Below are positions 1 through 8,378 of a stretch of 64,000 nucleotides of DNA, piece after piece. The notes beneath the pieces were generated by a model, which saw only the letters and a program-made list of their open reading frames with translations, was not told the DNA's origin and made no database searches. Source of the DNA: a virus (Duplodnaviria; Caudoviricetes); IMG/VR virus record IMGVR_UViG_3300028549_001457, positions 32,001 through 96,000 of that record; one strand, given 5' to 3'. Within the stretch, counting starts at the first letter, position 1, and every line of letters starts with the position of its first letter. Position numbers and translations under genes: made by a program.

Positions 1-1
1 A

Positions 2-553
2 CAGGACTTCGCTAGACTTCAGGAAACCCTTCCCGAAGGTGGCGCTCTCGATCTTTCTTCTATCCTGTCCGAAGAAGCCATGGATGAGAAGGCTGAGCAG
101 CTCCCTGAGGGTGGCGAAGGTGAAGACCCAGCGTTGAACTTCATGCCCGAGGGTGATGACTCAGGGGAGCATAAGTCCGCCAGTATTGCGGCTGAGGATG
201 TCGATGATGGATCCTTTGAGCGCGATCTACTCGGTTCGCTCCAGGGGGTTGATTGTGCAGATCAGGCTTCAGACCCAGCCCTGCCTGAAGAAGTTGACCC
301 TCTTCTGAATCAGGTCGATATTGATGAACCTGACTATGCAGACATCCCCTATGACATCTTAGGCGCACTGGCACCCGCTGCTGGCGCACCCAGCAATGTT
401 TCCGCTGCTCCCAAAATGGCTGGGACTTCTAAGGTTGCTTCTGCGCCTAAGACTGCTGGAGCACGATTTGTCCCCTCAGGTGCCATGGCCCCTGCCTCTC
501 AGGACGATCAGCAGGTAACTCGCCTTTCCGCCCTGCTCAAAGATTTCAGCTAA
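2..553 (+). CDS. Acidic scaffold/prohead core-like protein, 5'-truncated by the window edge
   Basis: The frame of ORF 80..553 is open from base 2 (QDFARLQETLPEGG...). Very acidic, low complexity, immediately upstream of the decoration and capsid genes. Confidence 0.5.
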   Translation, partial: QDFARLQETLPEGGALDLSSILSEEAMDEKAEQLPEGGEGEDPALNFMPEGDDSGEHKSASIAAEDVDDGSFERDLLGSLQGVDCADQASDPALPEEVDPLLNQVDIDEPDYADIPYDILGALAPAAGAPSNVSAAPKMAGTSKVASAPKTAGARFVPSGAMAPASQDDQQVTRLSALLKDFS

Positions 554-563
554 GTTCTATAAA

Positions 564-594
564 AACCTCAGGGAGTTATAAGCTCCCTGAGGTT
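564..594 (+). terminator. Hairpin AACCTCAGGGAG-ttataag-CTCCCTGAGGTT after the scaffold gene
   Basis: Perfect 12-bp inverted repeat 11 nt after the stop codon; T-run at about 610-620. Confidence 0.65.
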
Positions 595-763
595 AATCAT
601 TGAAACATGTTTTTTTCTTTATATGTAATTCTCGTGAAATTTAGGTTTCCGAGGTTAGCTCTTGACACATTCTAAAATTGATAAATCGAGCGGTCCTCAT
701 GCCAACGGGCATCCTTGAGGGACTCGACATCTACCATCCGTTTAATTCCCAGAAGGAACTATT

Positions 764-1234
764 ATGACGGATTTCTATACCCACCAGCTTGTAATCTTGC
801 TGCCTGGTACCAAGAATGGTTTCGTTAAGCCTAACGTAAACTTTACTGGTGACACGGAAGCAGATCGGCTCCTCATGGCTCCCTACATTTCGGGAAGTCC
901 TGTTACCATGACGGGCGATCTAACCATCGGTATCGCAAACGCGACAGACAAAGTCATTGGTCTGCTCGTCTATGACGGTGCTGGAACCTCCCCCCTCGAT
1001 GGCATGGGCGGCGGCGATCAGAGCGGAGTCCTGACCTATGTTTATGGTCTGGCCACCGTTAAGGTCCCCTCTCGCGTTCTAGCGAGTGGTATCACTTTCG
1101 CTGTTAACGATGAAGTTTGTGCGACTGCCACTGGCAAGCTCACGAACGTTGTTGGCACCGGAACCGTTATCGGAACGGTAATTTCTGCTGTTGATCAGGC
1201 CACCGATGGCCTAGTCGTTCAGATGTCCATCTAA
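764..1234 (+). CDS. Head decoration / capsid-stabilising protein
   Basis: 156-aa beta-rich, Gly/Thr/Val-rich ORF directly upstream of the MCP; RBS AAGGA. Confidence 0.65.
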   Translation: MTDFYTHQLVILLPGTKNGFVKPNVNFTGDTEADRLLMAPYISGSPVTMTGDLTIGIANATDKVIGLLVYDGAGTSPLDGMGGGDQSGVLTYVYGLATVKVPSRVLASGITFAVNDEVCATATGKLTNVVGTGTVIGTVISAVDQATDGLVVQMSI

Positions 1235-1245
1235 GGGAGCGAGAT

Positions 1246-2121
1246 ATGGCTGGTCTATCTAGTAACGCCGAACTCAACACCCTGATCGGGCAGTTGATTC
1301 AAACCAAACAGGGCCGTGCAAAGATTGCTGCTGCAATCGGCCCCGAACTCCGCAGACGCCGCGACTACCTCGCAGTGGGCCGCAAGGCTTTCCACGTTGA
1401 TGAGCTTCCTCCTGGAACCAACGCCATTTATGATTTCGACGTTGATGTTAAGGGATGGCTGATCTCCGAAGAAGGTCAGGCTCCTGAAGAGCAACAGCGC
1501 CCCAAGCGCGTCCTGGTCAAGACCCAGGAAATCGTTTCTCGTCCGAAGGTCTCCTTCGCTCAGATCCGTGAACGCCGCTATGATATCGTCAACCGTGTCA
1601 TCGAGAAGGCCAAGTCTGAAGTGCTAGCCGCTGAAGATTCTCGCATCTTCTCTCTTATGGCCAAGGCTGGCGAAGCTGTCACAGTTGACAGTGAGTACTA
1701 CAATGCTGCCGTGCCCGTCACTGGTGGTGTGCTCAATCAGGCTTCCCTGTCCACCGCTCTCGGCAAGATCGTTCGTCATGATCTGCCCCAGGGCTTCATC
1801 TTCGTCAATCCTCAGCGTCAGGTAGATTTCACCACCTGGACTGATGGCACCTTTGACCGTCAGACCCAGCGCGAAGTGCTGACCTCTGGCGTCCTCGGCT
1901 ATGTGTATAACATGGCAGTGGTTCAGTCCCGCCTCGTTCCCGTGAACAAGGTTTGGGTAACTGGCGTCAAGGAATTTACAGGTATCATGCCTGAGAAGCA
2001 GGCCCTCACCACTCTGTCCAGCGACACCGTCACTGACCTGAGCGTGGGCTTCGTAATCTTTGAAGACATTGGATTTTACCTCTGGAATTCGGCTTCGGTA
2101 GTTGAACTGGATTTCGCGTAA
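1246..2121 (+). CDS. Major capsid protein (HK97-like fold)
   Basis: 291 aa; position after scaffold and decoration genes; HK97-like pattern (FVNPQ...YNMAVVQSRLVP...VIFEDIGFYLWN); C-ending codon bias; strong downstream terminator. Confidence 0.8.
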   Translation: MAGLSSNAELNTLIGQLIQTKQGRAKIAAAIGPELRRRRDYLAVGRKAFHVDELPPGTNAIYDFDVDVKGWLISEEGQAPEEQQRPKRVLVKTQEIVSRPKVSFAQIRERRYDIVNRVIEKAKSEVLAAEDSRIFSLMAKAGEAVTVDSEYYNAAVPVTGGVLNQASLSTALGKIVRHDLPQGFIFVNPQRQVDFTTWTDGTFDRQTQREVLTSGVLGYVYNMAVVQSRLVPVNKVWVTGVKEFTGIMPEKQALTTLSSDTVTDLSVGFVIFEDIGFYLWNSASVVELDFA

Positions 2122-2141
2122 GTTTTAACTTCTTTAGAGCT

Positions 2142-2168
2142 TGGGGGCTTCGGCCCCCATTCTTTTAT
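2142..2168 (+). terminator. Rho-independent terminator TGGGGGC-TTCG-GCCCCCA plus T-rich tail
   Basis: 7-bp stem with cUUCGg tetraloop 20 nt after the MCP stop. Confidence 0.85.
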
Positions 2169-2208
2169 TCTTAAAATGGTTTTGTATCTATATCTGGAGG
2201 TTTAGGCC

Positions 2209-2301
2209 GTGTCGGATCTTTGTCCCTGTGGAAATACGTCACTCACCAAGGTCCCTTTCTGTGAATCTTGTGCTGCGGAGGCCTTAAATGTCCATGCCTA
2301 A
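2209..2301 (+). CDS. Unannotated 30-aa Cys-rich micro-ORF (MSDLCPCGNTSLTKVPFCESCAAEALNVHA)
   Basis: GTG start with GGAGG 8 nt upstream; CxC...CxxC motif; overlaps the start of the next gene. Confidence 0.45.
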   Translation: MSDLCPCGNTSLTKVPFCESCAAEALNVHA

Positions 2302-3514
2302 GTTAGACCCCAAGAATGTCACCTGGAATGATCACTTCTTTGATGACCCCCTTACACCCAAAGCTGCGTATCTCTTAGGTCTTCTAGCATCCGATGGGAA
2401 TATCTACAGGGGTCGCGCTTCTCATACAGGAGCTACCACTCTCGGTTTAATAGATAAAGAACATATGGAGCTTATAGCTCATATGCTGGGTTCTACCAGA
2501 CCACTATACTGTAACGTTAAAGGTAGATTTAAACTATGGGTTCTAAAACTTCCATCTGATCACGCCTATAATAGGCTTCTAGAGCTTGGGATGACTGAGA
2601 ATAAAACGTATGGTCTCAAGGTTGTTATTCCAAGTGATCATTTCTGGGAGTTTTTACGTGGCTTTACCGATGGGGATGGTTCAATCGATACACCAAAGCC
2701 CAATGGGACTCAAGCTCTACGGTGGAGGATATTTTCTCATTCAAACAATAGAGCGTGGTTAGAATTGATCCTAAGTCAGATTCAGTCAAAGCTCTCTAGT
2801 GTTTCTGGTGCCCTCGATGAAAAATCAACACAAAATCTCACAACCCTAAATATTGCAGGTAGCTTACAAGCTCTTCAAGTATTATGTGAAATATACCGGA
2901 ACTCAGAGGTCCCCCGGCTGGAAAGGAAGTTTGAGAAATTTGAAAGCTATCTTCGACATATCATGTCCAATTATGGTTCAGCAACCCGCCTATGGCTTCT
3001 TCAAAATAAGTCAGCCACACCCGAGTTCGTTCAAGATTTAGTGGGGGGTATCATTCATACTACCACGACATCCGTAGATTTAATCCAAGGGCTAACCTAC
3101 CTAACCCTTCCTGGGGGTCTTCCTCAATCTGTAATATACTTCAACCTAAGTTCGGGGTTTTATGATCAAGCTCTCTCTGAGAGAGTGTCTCTTAGGACCA
3201 TGGCCAGACATTTTAGTCTTGATCAATCAAAAGCGATGATTCTAAAAATAACCGCACAGCTTTCATCACGCGCAAAAAGAAGGGGCTTTAGTAGATCAAA
3301 TAGATCTCTAGCTGTTGTTAGGTTGGTGGAGGAGATTAAGCTTGGGGTGTATGATTCTGATTTGGAGAGCTGTACGTCAGTTTCAAAGTTTCTAAAGTTT
3401 AAGTTGGCCGAATACGGTGAGCCAGAGGCTGACGCCTCCTACCCCGAAAACGAAGCCTACACACGCAGAAAACAACTTTTACTGGACAAAACTTCTCAAG
3501 CCTCCGTATCTTAA
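2288..3514 (+). CDS. LAGLIDADG homing endonuclease-like protein with a ~180-aa C-terminal extension
   Basis: Two LAGLIDADG helices, AYLLGLLASDGNI and FLRGFTDGDGSI; GGAGG RBS. Confidence 0.85.
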   Translation: MSMPKLDPKNVTWNDHFFDDPLTPKAAYLLGLLASDGNIYRGRASHTGATTLGLIDKEHMELIAHMLGSTRPLYCNVKGRFKLWVLKLPSDHAYNRLLELGMTENKTYGLKVVIPSDHFWEFLRGFTDGDGSIDTPKPNGTQALRWRIFSHSNNRAWLELILSQIQSKLSSVSGALDEKSTQNLTTLNIAGSLQALQVLCEIYRNSEVPRLERKFEKFESYLRHIMSNYGSATRLWLLQNKSATPEFVQDLVGGIIHTTTTSVDLIQGLTYLTLPGGLPQSVIYFNLSSGFYDQALSERVSLRTMARHFSLDQSKAMILKITAQLSSRAKRRGFSRSNRSLAVVRLVEEIKLGVYDSDLESCTSVSKFLKFKLAEYGEPEADASYPENEAYTRRKQLLLDKTSQASVS

Positions 3515-3530
3515 ATCATGGGGGTTTGGG

Positions 3531-3947
3531 ATGCCGCTTCAAGTCTACTTTGATCACGAGGGCGATTTTTACTCCAGAATGGGTCCGTTCTTCGCCACAC
3601 GAGCCCACGTAAGGGAGATGGGTGGTTGGCAATTCTACACCCTTCCAGGGGCTATGTGGCTTGTAATCTCCTCTGATAGTAATCAGATCCAAGGCTTCTG
3701 TTCCCTAGTGCCCAAAAAGGGGTATCTTCTACTGGATAATCTCTTTATTCTCCCTGAATATCGTGGGCTAAAACTATCAAATCGACTATTGGATTCTGTG
3801 CTTGCAGAGGGGTTTCAGCAAGAGATTAGATGTATCACGAACAACCCCCACCAGTTGGCAAAATTTATCCGCCTTGGTTTTGAGTCCGTGGGGGTTCGGG
3901 GAGGTTTTACCCGGTTAGCTCGAAAACCCCGGAGTGTATCTATTTAG
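3531..3947 (+). CDS. GNAT-family acetyltransferase
   Basis: Motif A LDNLFILPEYRGLKLSNRLL and motif B AKFIRLGF; likely start ATG 3531 (track ORF 3417..3947 overlaps the upstream gene). Confidence 0.8.
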   Translation: MPLQVYFDHEGDFYSRMGPFFATRAHVREMGGWQFYTLPGAMWLVISSDSNQIQGFCSLVPKKGYLLLDNLFILPEYRGLKLSNRLLDSVLAEGFQQEIRCITNNPHQLAKFIRLGFESVGVRGGFTRLARKPRSVSI

Positions 3948-3962
3948 TGGGGGTTATCTAAA

Positions 3963-5207
3963 GTGTCAACAAAAGTCTATCTGGACATGGATGTCCTGCA
4001 AGCAGCTCAGGGGCGGATTTCATTTATTTTTGATAAATTCGAAAATATTTGTGTTTCTTTTTCAGCCGGAAAAGATAGCACCGTAATGCTCCATTTGGTT
4101 ATGGATGAAGCAAAAAGGCGACAACGCAAGGTCTCAGTCCTTTTTATTGACTGGGAGGCTCAGTTTAACCTTACAATAGACCACTGTAAAGCCTGTTTTG
4201 ATCTATATGCTGAGTGGGTCATCCCTTATTGGGTGTGTCTTCCGCTTAAGACTACAAATGCTTGTAGTATGTATGAGCCCGAGTGGACATGCTGGGAGGT
4301 CGCCAAGAAGCCGCTTTGGGTGCGAGATATCCCCGAATGGGCTATCTCAGATCACACATACTTCCCGTTCTTTTACGAGGCCATGTCTTTTGAAGAGTTT
4401 GTCCCTCTATTTGGAGAGTGGGTGGCGAGTGGCACCCCCACTGCAGTCTTGGTTGGGATTAGAACCGCAGAGAGTCTAAATAGATGGAGAACACTATTCT
4501 CGGAAAGTAAAACGTGTTTTGAAGGTCACCAGTGGACTACCAAACTATCTAATAATGTTTTCAATATGTATCCCATTTATGATTGGAAAACTGAGGATAT
4601 TTGGGTATACCATTCCACAACGGGCTTTCCCTATAATGGGCTATATGACTGTATGTTTCAGGCAGGGCTTTCCGTGTCTCAGATGAGAATCTGTGAACCC
4701 TTTGGTGATGAACAACGCAAGGGTTTATGGTTATATCATGTGGTAGAGCCCGAAACGTGGGCAAAGCTTTTGAGTCGCGTGGGCGGAGTTAACACAGGGT
4801 CCTTATATGCGGGTCAGCATAAAGGGATGCTTGGTGATGGCGCTATTGTAAAGCCCGAGGGATTTACCTGGAAAGATTTTGCCAAGCATCTTTTGGATTC
4901 CATGCCCACCCCTACCGCAGAGCATTATAAGAATAAGATCACGGTTTGGTTGAAGTGGTATCAGGATCATGGTTTTAAAGGATTCTTCCCAGTAGGATCT
5001 AACGATATTCTTGATGAACTTCCGGGGGATACTGGGGCGAAAGATACCCCCACCTGGAGGCGGGTGTGTAAAATGCTTCTTAAGAATGACTATTGGTGTA
5101 AAACCTTGGTTTTTTCACCCACTAAACAATCGTCGTTTGAGAAGTATTTGAAATTAATGCATAAGCGAAGAAAGACTTGGGGGATCTTTGATGATGTCTC
5201 TGAGTAA
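3963..5207 (+). CDS. ibrA: IbrA/YbdN-like PAPS-reductase-family (PP-loop) protein, DUF3440-type C-terminus
   Basis: PP-loop SFSAGKDS; VGIRTAESLNRW; YPIYDWKTEDIW; MRICEPFG..QRKGLWLYH..EPETW. Confidence 0.85.
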   Translation: MSTKVYLDMDVLQAAQGRISFIFDKFENICVSFSAGKDSTVMLHLVMDEAKRRQRKVSVLFIDWEAQFNLTIDHCKACFDLYAEWVIPYWVCLPLKTTNACSMYEPEWTCWEVAKKPLWVRDIPEWAISDHTYFPFFYEAMSFEEFVPLFGEWVASGTPTAVLVGIRTAESLNRWRTLFSESKTCFEGHQWTTKLSNNVFNMYPIYDWKTEDIWVYHSTTGFPYNGLYDCMFQAGLSVSQMRICEPFGDEQRKGLWLYHVVEPETWAKLLSRVGGVNTGSLYAGQHKGMLGDGAIVKPEGFTWKDFAKHLLDSMPTPTAEHYKNKITVWLKWYQDHGFKGFFPVGSNDILDELPGDTGAKDTPTWRRVCKMLLKNDYWCKTLVFSPTKQSSFEKYLKLMHKRRKTWGIFDDVSE

Positions 5208-5244
5208 TCGTCCCGCTAAGATATCTTCTAAGAAAAGGCTATAA

Positions 5245-5868
5245 ATGTTATCTAAAATAATTGACCTTCTGAATGACTCCGAAAAGCTCCCCCTAGATGA
5301 GCGGGTTGATTTCCTAAATGCTGTTAAAGTAGCTGCCCATGCGGTTAGTCCTTTTAAAGCACATCCCGTGGATTGTGTTTTATGGGCCAAGTGCGACTCT
5401 GTTGTTGCGAATGATTACAATCCCAATGTAGTAGCCCCCCCTGAGCTGGCTCTGTTAGAGCTTTCAATTATTTCCGATGGCTACACTCAGCCCATCGTCT
5501 CTTGGAGAAATGGGGACGCGCTTGAGGTTATTGATGGTTTCCATAGAAATCGGGTAGGGAAGGAAAGCCCCCTCGTTAAGGAAAAACTCCTCGGGTATCT
5601 TCCCGTGGTTATTGCTAATGCTGACCGAGTTAATTCTGGTGATCGAATGGCTTCTACCATTAGACACAATCGCGCTAGAGGTAAACATAAAATTACGGCA
5701 ATGTCTGAAATTGTAAGGTCTCTAGCCAAACGCAATTGGTCAAATGAAAAAATCGGGAAAGAACTCGGTATGGACCCCGATGAGGTTCTACGGTTTCGTC
5801 AGATTGGTGGGCTAGCTGAGGTTTTTGGGGATACTCAATTTTCCCAAGCCTGGGACGTTGAGCCCTAA
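5245..5868 (+). CDS. ibrB: IbrB/YbdM-like ParB/Srx-domain protein
   Basis: ANDYNPNVVAPPE, DGYTQPIV, VIDGFHR, STIRHNRARGKH, KELGMDPDEVLR; adjacent to the IbrA-like gene. Confidence 0.88.
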   Translation: MLSKIIDLLNDSEKLPLDERVDFLNAVKVAAHAVSPFKAHPVDCVLWAKCDSVVANDYNPNVVAPPELALLELSIISDGYTQPIVSWRNGDALEVIDGFHRNRVGKESPLVKEKLLGYLPVVIANADRVNSGDRMASTIRHNRARGKHKITAMSEIVRSLAKRNWSNEKIGKELGMDPDEVLRFRQIGGLAEVFGDTQFSQAWDVEP

Positions 5869-5888
5869 CCAGAACCATTTATGTGTTC

Positions 5889-5920
5889 AAAAGGCCTCTT
5901 CGGGGGCCTTTTTTGTTTTT
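5889..5920 (+). terminator. Terminator AAAAGGCCTC-TTCG-GGGGCCTTTTTT
   Basis: Stem with UUCG loop and T-tail after ibrB. Confidence 0.85.
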
Positions 5921-6116
5921 ACTGTTCATAACAAAGGAAAGTGATGGTTTTTTGAGGGTATTCTAGATTTTGGCTCCAACATGTACATTTAATATGGTTA
6001 TGGGATTTTTTCCAGTTGTATTTACTCTATAATGGGGGGTGAATCAATCATTTTTTATGTGGTTGTTCACAAAAACATTTTTTTCTTTTAAATGAGCACT
6101 ATAAGGAGCCTCAAAT

Positions 6117-6740
6117 ATGTCAGAACAGACGCACATCTTAAATCGCATGGTGATTTTCACTGAAATCCCTGGAAGCCCACGGCTTCCGCAGGGGACATGC
6201 ATCACCTCCAAAAAGGTTGAGGGGTCTATTGAGTATGACGTTATCGCTCTTACTCCCTCCGGTCAGAGGTATGAGTTCAAGTCCACGCACATTGAAAACC
6301 TAATCAAAACACCCTGGGTTGATTGTGCTGTAGCCCCAACAGTTGAGAAGGTGCCTGCCTCCAAGCCTCCTGTGGAGGTTCCCAATCCTTTCACTCTAGG
6401 GGATGTTGCTTCGGTTGAGCACGGCCTCATGAATGATGCCCTTCCTACTGTGGATGTCACAGGGTCCAGCGCTAGTGAGACTTTTGGGGTGCAAGTAGCT
6501 CCTGAAGTTGAAGTAGCTCCTGAAGTTCCTGAAGTTGAAGTAGCTCCTGAAGTTCCTGAAGTTGAAGTAGCTCCTGAAGTTCCTGAAGTTGAAGTAGCTC
6601 CTGAAGTTCCTGAAGTTGAAGTAGCTCCTGAAGTTGAAGTAGCTCCTGAAGTTGAAGTAGCTCCTGAAGTTGAAGTAGCTCCTGAAGTTGAAGTAGCTCC
6701 TGAAGCCCCCGTAAAATCTCGTAAACCTAAAAAGGGTTAA
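6117..6740 (+). CDS. Hypothetical protein with a Glu/Val/Pro tandem-repeat tail
   Basis: AAGGAG RBS; (EVAPEV/PEV)n region followed by basic tail KSRKPKKG. Confidence 0.75.
   Translation: MSEQTHILNRMVIFTEIPGSPRLPQGTCITSKKVEGSIEYDVIALTPSGQRYEFKSTHIENLIKTPWVDCAVAPTVEKVPASKPPVEVPNPFTLGDVASVEHGLMNDALPTVDVTGSSASETFGVQVAPEVEVAPEVPEVEVAPEVPEVEVAPEVPEVEVAPEVPEVEVAPEVEVAPEVEVAPEVEVAPEVEVAPEAPVKSRKPKKG
6493..6705 (+). repeat. In-frame perfect tandem repeat built from 9-bp blocks GAAGTAGCT and CCTGAAGTT (27-bp and 18-bp units)
   Basis: Directly visible: four 27-bp EVAPEVPEV units, then about five 18-bp EVAPEV units. Confidence 0.95.
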
Positions 6741-6742
6741 CA

Positions 6743-7369
6743 TTGAAATTAACTCTACGAGAGTTAAGATCCGCTAGTGTCCTAGGGCCGCTAGCGGATC
6801 TTTTACATACAGGTACCACTCTCAAGGAGTTGATTCACTCGTCCCCAAATAGGTCCTATGAGGGTCCTGGGAAAGCCTGCTCTGTCACATATAAAAGTTT
6901 CAATAAATCGGGAGGGGCTTGGTTTGTAACCTACCAAGTTTTTGGTACAAAATCCGAGTCTGACCCCAGAGGGTGGAAGGTTAGGGTTCGCTTCTTTCCT
7001 GAAGCTCACGTTGCCGACCCGTTAGATCTTGACGTTGACGTTAGTTGTGATTGCCCTGCATTTTTATACTGGGGTGCCCAGTGGAATACCCATCAAAAAG
7101 ATGCCCTTGAGCGGCAGCGTCCCGAGTTAGTGGCCCCTCACCCAGTTGGAGTTGAGTTTATAGATAAGCGAGGGAACCCCAGAAAGCATAATGTCCCTCG
7201 TGATTATGTTATCTGTAAACATATTAAGGCTGTTTCCGAGCGGGTTGGCGGGTTATTAGAACGTCACCTCAAGAAACACACCGAGGATTCTGATTTCCAA
7301 GACAAAATATATCAGCAATCTCTTGAAAAAGTTAAGGCAAAAAGCTCCCCCGAGCCAACTCAGAGCTAG
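6743..7369 (+). CDS. SWIM-type zinc-finger protein
   Basis: VSCDCPAFLYWG ... ICKHIKAV (CxC...CxH). Confidence 0.6.
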   Translation: MKLTLRELRSASVLGPLADLLHTGTTLKELIHSSPNRSYEGPGKACSVTYKSFNKSGGAWFVTYQVFGTKSESDPRGWKVRVRFFPEAHVADPLDLDVDVSCDCPAFLYWGAQWNTHQKDALERQRPELVAPHPVGVEFIDKRGNPRKHNVPRDYVICKHIKAVSERVGGLLERHLKKHTEDSDFQDKIYQQSLEKVKAKSSPEPTQS

Positions 7370-7412
7370 ACTTCATAGATCCCTTTTTGTGTATTGCGGG
7401 TGGGGGGTTTAG

Positions 7413-8378
7413 TTGGAAGCCTATTGTTTTGGGCCACAGGGGTTTGAGCTAGAGTTATCGCCTGAGTTTACCGGGCCGATAGAGTTGATATCTTTTCAGG
7501 GGGTTCAAGTTCTACTAAATGGGGTTGCTATACTCCCTACGTCAATATATACGTCTGGAACCCATGCTGTTTTTATCCTCAATCAGACTATTCGGCCAGC
7601 GGATGCCCTTAAGGTTAAGCTTCTGGGGGTTGACGTTGACGCCTCCCAAAAGCCTCTGCTTAGTTCGTTAATCCCTGTTGCAAACACGCTTCTGGACTAC
7701 AGTAGGTCCATCTCCTCACGTGCCTTTCATAAATCTACCGAAGTTTCACCCTTGTCAGGCGAAGGTTCCTATCGACCCTACTTATCAAATGCTTCCATTA
7801 AGGACTCCCTCACCACGACTCCTTGGACTAGAACTCCATTCACGCATACCAATTTTTTAGGTCAGATTAGTGACCATACTCGAATATTTATTGATAATAG
7901 TGGTAGTAAGATTTCTTCTGATATTTTGGTTGATTCTAACCCTGGTAGAATGGGGGAGACTATAACCTGCTCTGTTCAGATGAAGACTCCTCAGGGCGTT
8001 GGGGCGGTTATTGAGATCATAGGGTCCTCAATAGCTACATCTTCCGTGTTTACTTCAGATGATTGGGTTCAGCATAGTCTGAGTTATACGCTCCCTCAGG
8101 TTTCCCCCCTTTCAGTAAGTCTCTCAGCAACTCGTATTGGGTTGTCCGAAAAGCCTTATGCATGCTTTAGAAATTTAGAGGTTTCTTCAGATTGGAGAGG
8201 AATCCTTTTTCAGGACCCCCTTAAATCAGCAACCCAATGGGTTGTTTCTGGGTCGGCTATCCCAGGCTCAGATGCTTTTGATATAGCTACTTGGAGGGAG
8301 TTATTTCTTCCAGGCCAGTTGAGCGCCTCCTGCGCTATTCTTTCAAATGACCGCCTAACTATCACACCCCTCCCATGA
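7413..8378 (+). CDS. Putative virion protein with a possible jelly-roll carbohydrate-binding-like domain
   Basis: Beta-rich, Ser/Thr-rich; TCSVQMKT...DDWVQHSLSYTLP segment; structural context. Confidence 0.4.
   Translation: MEAYCFGPQGFELELSPEFTGPIELISFQGVQVLLNGVAILPTSIYTSGTHAVFILNQTIRPADALKVKLLGVDVDASQKPLLSSLIPVANTLLDYSRSISSRAFHKSTEVSPLSGEGSYRPYLSNASIKDSLTTTPWTRTPFTHTNFLGQISDHTRIFIDNSGSKISSDILVDSNPGRMGETITCSVQMKTPQGVGAVIEIIGSSIATSSVFTSDDWVQHSLSYTLPQVSPLSVSLSATRIGLSEKPYACFRNLEVSSDWRGILFQDPLKSATQWVVSGSAIPGSDAFDIATWRELFLPGQLSASCAILSNDRLTITPLP

Noticed and set aside
662-690. Sigma70 promoter from TTGACA at 662
   Set aside because: No acceptable -10 hexamer at 16-18 bp spacing.
6493-6705. Possible CRISPR array
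   Set aside because: Contiguous in-frame tandem units with no unique spacers; no cas genes.
6396-6743. Minus-strand ORF with FRSYFNFRN repeats
   Set aside because: Antisense shadow of the EVAPEV repeat; no RBS evidence.
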